A DNA stretch of 64,000 nt. It comes from Phaeosaccion multiseriatum. Its lineage: Eukaryota > Protista > Ochrophyta, other classes. The stretch is taken from positions 2,852,001-2,916,000 of the forward strand of contig OZ218962.1 in NCBI GenBank assembly GCA_965112735.1. The letters are read 5' to 3'. The notes beneath the pieces are model-generated. The model saw only the letters and a list, made by a program, of their open reading frames with translations, ran no database searches and was not told the DNA's origin. This document shows, piece by piece, positions 26,201 through 64,000 of the stretch; the first letter of the stretch is position 1, and each line of letters starts with the position of its first letter. A program made the position numbers and the translations under genes.

Positions 26201-28834
26201 CAGAATCTTATCCGCACACACACACACGCACACACACACACACAAACCCTCCACCTGCTCCTGCTCCTCTTCCTCCTCCTCCCGCACGCACGCACCTGCA
26301 CCGTCCCTGGCCGTGCTTGTGCCCCTTGCGAAAGCTGCCCTCGTATCTGCTGCCATCGGCATCCACTAGCACCCCCTGGCCCGTCATCTCATCCTCGAAC
26401 CAGTCTCCGTCATAGGCCGCTCCGTTGCTCCACACGCGTCGCCCCGTGCCATGCCTCCACCCCGTTGCCCGAGGGAAGCGAATGTCGTGCCCTATGCCCG
26501 GTGACTCGGTCAGGTACTCTCCTGATACGTAGACGTTTGTATATACGTGCAGTACAGTGAAGGAATGCGTGCAGCGAAGGAATGAGTGCAGCGAAGGAAT
26601 GAGTGAATTGAAGGAATGAGACTCTCCTGATAGTAGACGTATGTATATACGTGCAGTGCAGTGAAGGAATGCGTGCAGCGAAGGAATGAGTGCATTGAAG
26701 GAATGAGGGCAGTGGAAGATTGCAGTTGAAGGCATATGGCGCTAGGTCTTAAATCTCGTCCTGTACGCACGGGGGTGTGTGATGCGAGTCGTGAGTGCGT
26801 GCGTGCGTGGGTGGGTGAGTGGGTCGATGTAGTAAGTCAATGGGTGGGTGGGTGATTTGTGGCTAGTGAGGTGAAGTGGGGGGGCTGAGGGGCTGGTGAG
26901 TGATGTGTGCTCTCCTCGGCAAGCTCCCTCCCTCCCTCCCTCCCTCCCTCCCTCCCTCCCTTCCTCCCTCCCTTCCTTACTCCCTCCCTCCCTCCCTCCC
27001 TCCCTCCCTTCCTCCCTCCCTCCCTCTCTCCCTCCCTCCCTCCCTCCCTCCTCCCTCCCTCCCTCCCTCCCTCCCTCCCTCCTCCCTCCCTCCCTCCCTC
27101 CCTCCCTCCCTCCCTCCCTCCCTCCCTCCCTCCCTCCCTCCCTCCCTCCCTCCCTCCCTCCCTCCCTCCCTCCCTCCCTCCCTCCCTCCCTCCCTCCCTC
27201 CCTCCCTCCCTCCCTCCCTCCCTCCCTCCCTCCCTCCCTCCCTCCCTCCCTCCCTCCCTCCCTCCCTCCCTCCCTCCCTCCCTCCCTCCCTCCCTCCCTC
27301 CCTCCCTCCCTCCCTCCCTCCCTCCCTCCCTCCCTCCCTCCCTCCCTCCCTCCCTCCCTCCCTCCCTCCCTCCCTCCCTCCCTCCCTCCCTCCCTCCCTC
27401 CCTCCCTCCCTCCCTCCCTCCCTCCCTCCCTCCCTCCCTCCCTCCCTCCCTCCCTCCCTCCCTCCCTCCCTCCCTCCCTCCCTCCCTCCCTCCCTCCCTC
27501 CCTCCCTCCCTCCCTCCCTCCCTCCCTCCCTCCCTCCCTCCCTCCCTCCCTCCCTCCCTCCCTCCCTCCCTCCCTCCCTCCCTCCCTCCCTCCCTCCCCA
27601 TCCACCTCTACCCACCTTCATAGTACCCTCCATCTCTCCACATGAACCTTCCCCTCCCAAACGGCAGCCCCTTGTACAGCTCCCCCTCATATCGGTCGCC
27701 GCACGCCAGCTTCAGTACCCCCCTCCCGTGGGGACAGCCTCTCTGATACTCGCCTGAGAGGAGGGGTGAGGCAAAAGCAAGAGGAAAGGTGAGACGGCTT
27801 TCTCTTTCTCCATCTGAAGGGTAAGGGGTGAGTCAAAAAGCAAAGGATATGAGATTACTTCTTCCTCTTTCTCTGTCTCGATCTAGGGGGTCATGCCCTC
27901 CACGTACAGAGAGAGAGGGAAGGAGTCGATGGATGGCAGCAGACGGCGCCTCTCTCACCCAGTCTTCCGTAGAACCTTACGTAGTGTGTTACAGGGTGGT
28001 ACGTACCTACGTACATATCTCCGCTCGCGAAGTGCATAACTCCCTCCCCGTGCAGCTCTCCGTCACGGAAACCCCCCTCGTACTTCGATCCGTTAGAATA
28101 GCATCTGATGGATGGCAGTGGATGGGAGGGGATGTTCTTTCAATCGAGTCATAGGCTGGACTGGACTGGCCCCAATCGAGACGTGGAGAGATACACGTAA
28201 TGATGGATGGCAGTGGATGGGTTGGTGATAGATGGCAGTGGATGGGGAAGGGTCCTGCTGTGCCGCACACACATGTACCTGGTGCCGGTGCCGTGCCGCA
28301 TGCCCTGACTGTGTTCGCCCTTGTACCACCCGCGGTTCTTGCTGTAGTTCATCTTGCCTGGTCATGATGAAGGAGGGGAGGAGGGACGGAGGGAGAGTGA
28401 CCAAGAGAGAGAGAAGAGAGGAAAGAGAGGGAGAGGAGAGAGAGAGGAGGGGGAGGAAGAGAGAAGGAATCGGTTAAATGCGGTAAGAGAGAAGGAGGGG
28501 AGGGACAGAATGAGAATGAGAATGAGAGGGCAAGGAACCGGATTCATCCTCCTCTCCTCATCCCTTCGCTCCTCCCCTCCCCTCCCCTCCCCTCCCCTCC
28601 CCTCCCCTCCCCTCCCCTCCCCCCCCCTCCCCTCCTCTCCTCCTTCCTTTTCTCCCCTCCTTCCCTCCCCTCCTCTCCCCTCACCTTTTCCATCGAACTC
28701 TCCTTGGCGCATCTCCCCCCCGTACTCGTCTCCATTGGCGAATTTTATCTTAGCCTGGCCCGTGAGCCTACCGCTGTGCCACTCGCCCTCCCATCTGGTG
28801 CCATTCTTGTCGTTGAGAACTCCCCAGCCGTGAT

Positions 28835-28905
<71 letters not shown>

Positions 28906-30558
28906 ATAGGCAAACGTCAGCAGGGGTGGTGAGGTAACCGCAGCCCACTCACACATGAATCGACTGTCTGACAGATGAGCAGGCGTCACAAGTTTTTACA
29001 GCAGCAGCCACAAATTGAGAAGCGCTTCATACGGACGCCCTTCCGTATGCCCGTATGTCTTCACACATTCCCCATATGCTTAGGGTACATACATATCCCC
29101 CGTGTGCCCTTACGTACTAACTATATGCCCTTACATATACACCTATGGAGGCCCGTGCACCTCTACCTGTTCCTGGCGCACTGCCCCTTGTACGCGTCCC
29201 CGTCCCCGTGCGTATAGAGGTCGTACATATGTTCCCCGTATGCCCTTACATACTCCCCATACGCCCTTACTTAATTTAAACCCATACACCTCTACCTGTT
29301 CCTCGCGAACTGCCCCTCGTACACGTCCCCGTCCCCGTGCGTATAAATGCCATGTCCGTGCTTCCTTCCGTGCTGCCACTCGCCCGAGTACTGACGCCCA
29401 CGGAACTCTTGCTCTCCGTCCATAAGGACCTTGGCGCAGAGGGAGGGGAGGGAGGGAGGGAGGGACGGAGGGGGGTAGGAAGGGAGGGAGAGAGAGACAG
29501 AGAGAGAGAGGGAGATGAAGAGAGGGAGAGCACTCGTTGTGCAGCGATGGGTTTACGGATCTTACCTTGGGGAACACCATGCTGCCACTGCCATGGAAGA
29601 GATTGTCCTTGAACTCTCCTGCGCCGAACGTGTCCAGGGAAGGAAGGGAAGGAGAGAGGGAGGGGGAAGGGAGAGAGAGAGAGGTAAACGGGAGGGAGGG
29701 AGAGAAAGAGAAGAGAGAGCAAGCACAGAGAAGGAGGGAGCAAAAGAGAGAGTGAGAGAGAGGGGAGACAGCAGGGAAAGCGACTCAAAGGGAGAGAGGG
29801 GAGAGAGACAGAGAGAGAGAGTACTCTCCGGTGTGAAGGGAGGTGTGGACAGGGGATGCCCACCGGAGACATATTTCAGCACCTCGTTTATCTGGTACTC
29901 TCCTCCCCTCCCATACCCCGCAACCCACTCTTCCTCTCTCCCTCTCTGTTCTCCTGTCGCCTATTTACTCACTCGCTCACCCACTCACCGATGTACTTGC
30001 CCCCCCCGTGGAACCACGTGGTGCCTTTGCCTTCCTTCTTGCCATCAACGAAGTCTCCCTGCGCAGACAGATTGAATAAATTCGAATGGACGTGCACATG
30101 TTGAGAAGATCGATCATCGAGGAGCAAAAGGAGGGCCCAACGACCCAAAACGGCATCTGTCCAGCGCAACGAAGGCCTCCGGAGAGCTCGCCAACGCTTC
30201 CTGACGCAGGGCTGACCTGAAGACCGCCAGTAGCAGAGCGTCTCCACTTTGTTGCCAGGTAGTAAGTCTCTTTGGTGCTCCGCGGAGCCAGGCCGCGGGC
30301 ATGCAGCTCCTCTGCAGAAAGAGGCACTACAACTCACTCCACGTCAGCTCCTCCGACCCAGTCGAACCAAAGGATTGGAGGTGGGAAAGCACAAGTCATC
30401 GCCGGCACCTTCTCGTTTGTCTGCCCTTGCCGCACCCGCTCCGGCCGGAGCCACTGACTCACCTCGTACCGGTCTCCGTTGGGGTAGGTCTTCTTATCGA
30501 ACTTGTACACCCGACCATCGTTGGTCATTTTGAAGTCGCCTCCCTTTCGCTCAGGCAT
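23204..30558 (-). CDS. MORN-repeat protein with low-complexity (AVSP, EP) C-terminal tail
   Basis: Thirteen exons (~30558-30463, 30058-29989, 29618-29566, 29429-29296, 28836-28686, 28357-28280, 28084-28007, 27753-27616, 26521-26296, 26027-25878, 25638-25510, 24743-24551, 24143-23204) join in frame. They give repeated YxGxW/FxxGxxHGxGxxxxxxG MORN motifs. No kinase domain was seen. Confidence 0.87.
24960..25509 (-). repeat. Intronic (GTGA/GGGA)n array starting at donor
   Basis: (CTCA)n on the plus strand, contiguous with the GTGAGT donor at 25509. Confidence 0.95.
26924..27598 (-). repeat. (GGGA)n microsatellite at intron 5' end
   Basis: (TCCC)n on the plus strand, ~670 nt. Confidence 0.95.
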
Positions 30559-31296
30559 GGTGTGATGTCGCTATCTCGTCTCTCTACTTCTGATGCAGGT
30601 CCTTCGTCTCTTCGCCCTACCTTCCTTGAATCCCTCCCATGGATCCTCACCTCCGTCTCATAGCGACACCACTTCTTTGGCCCCACTCTTCTGCACGGTT
30701 CTGCACATATCCGATCCAGAAGCTGGCGGTTAAGAAAGGAAATCCACAGGTTTCTGCTTTGGGATAAGACCCCAGATCCTTCCGTTACCAGGGGCGAGCT
30801 TGAAAAAAGTACAAAGGATAGCAATAATCAGCAGAAAGCAGCCAAAGAATCAGGGCAAGCACTGAAAGACTGGACGGGCCATCCTCAGGGACCGTAAGAC
30901 AGGACTTGAAAGAACGAACCGCAGAATAGAGAGGCGAAATTCAGTCTCGAGGCCCAGGGCCGATCGTAGAGCTACCAAAGACAACGACCAGGCGAGAAGA
31001 GGAGAGGAGAGGGCCTCTCTAGCCCGGGAGGGACTTGAACCTTCTATCGGTAGGCAGTGAGGCAGGAGATGTCCTACTGTCCACTGTAGAGCGAGCGTTG
31101 TCGTGCTTGACCCTGTCGTCGCGCTCCCACCTCCCACGAGCCCTCCCTTCTGATTAGGGAATCATCTCCTTCACTCTGGGTGAGGGCCGCGAGGGAGAGA
31201 CTGCTTGGCGTACCTGGGAAACACGCAGCTGAGAATGGGGCGTGGCAGTGACAGGCTTCACAGAGGGCCCGCTACGATAGGCTGTTAACCCCAACA

Positions 31297-64000
<32,704 letters not shown>

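Noticed and set aside
23204-30558. Calling the MORN gene a PIP5 kinase or radial-spoke protein
   Set aside because: No kinase domain is visible, and orthology cannot be assigned from MORN repeats alone.

Overview
This is eukaryotic, GC-rich, intron-dense genomic DNA from a protist or alga. A stramenopile is my guess, and it cannot be proven from this window. There are no rRNA, tRNA, CRISPR, transposase or RT genes. The left 17 kb is an accessory cluster of four intronless FNIP-type (LRR-like) repeat genes: two intact (3512-5542, 12716-14545) and two frameshifted (727-3268, 15390-16627). The two intact genes sit in a ~3 kb direct duplication. That duplication brackets an alpha2delta-like VWA/Cache membrane-protein gene and a broken receiver-domain-like gene. 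The FNIP arrays are strictly alternating 19-aa acidic/basic units on a nearly invariant DNA scaffold, each with one hypervariable 2-5 codon slot. The variable slots differ almost entirely between paralogues whose non-coding 3' flanks are ~98% identical by eye, which suggests a repeat-shuffling diversified-receptor system (best candidate for novelty). The rest holds three spliced genes: a mitochondrial PDK/BCKDK-type kinase (17030-22784 +), a MORN-repeat protein (23204-30558 -), and a giant surface protein with Calx-beta-like repeats plus many Cys-rich GCC2/GCC3-like repeats (31297 to beyond the window, +). Their introns have an unusual architecture. Complementary motif pairs are polarised to intron 5' versus 3' ends (GATGGCAGTGGATGG/CCATCCACTGCCATC; AGGCATATGGG/CCCATATGCCT). 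Microsatellites resemble multimerised splice signals, splice junctions are locally duplicated, and AAG acceptors are frequent. All exon boundaries were placed by eye and may be off by a few nt.
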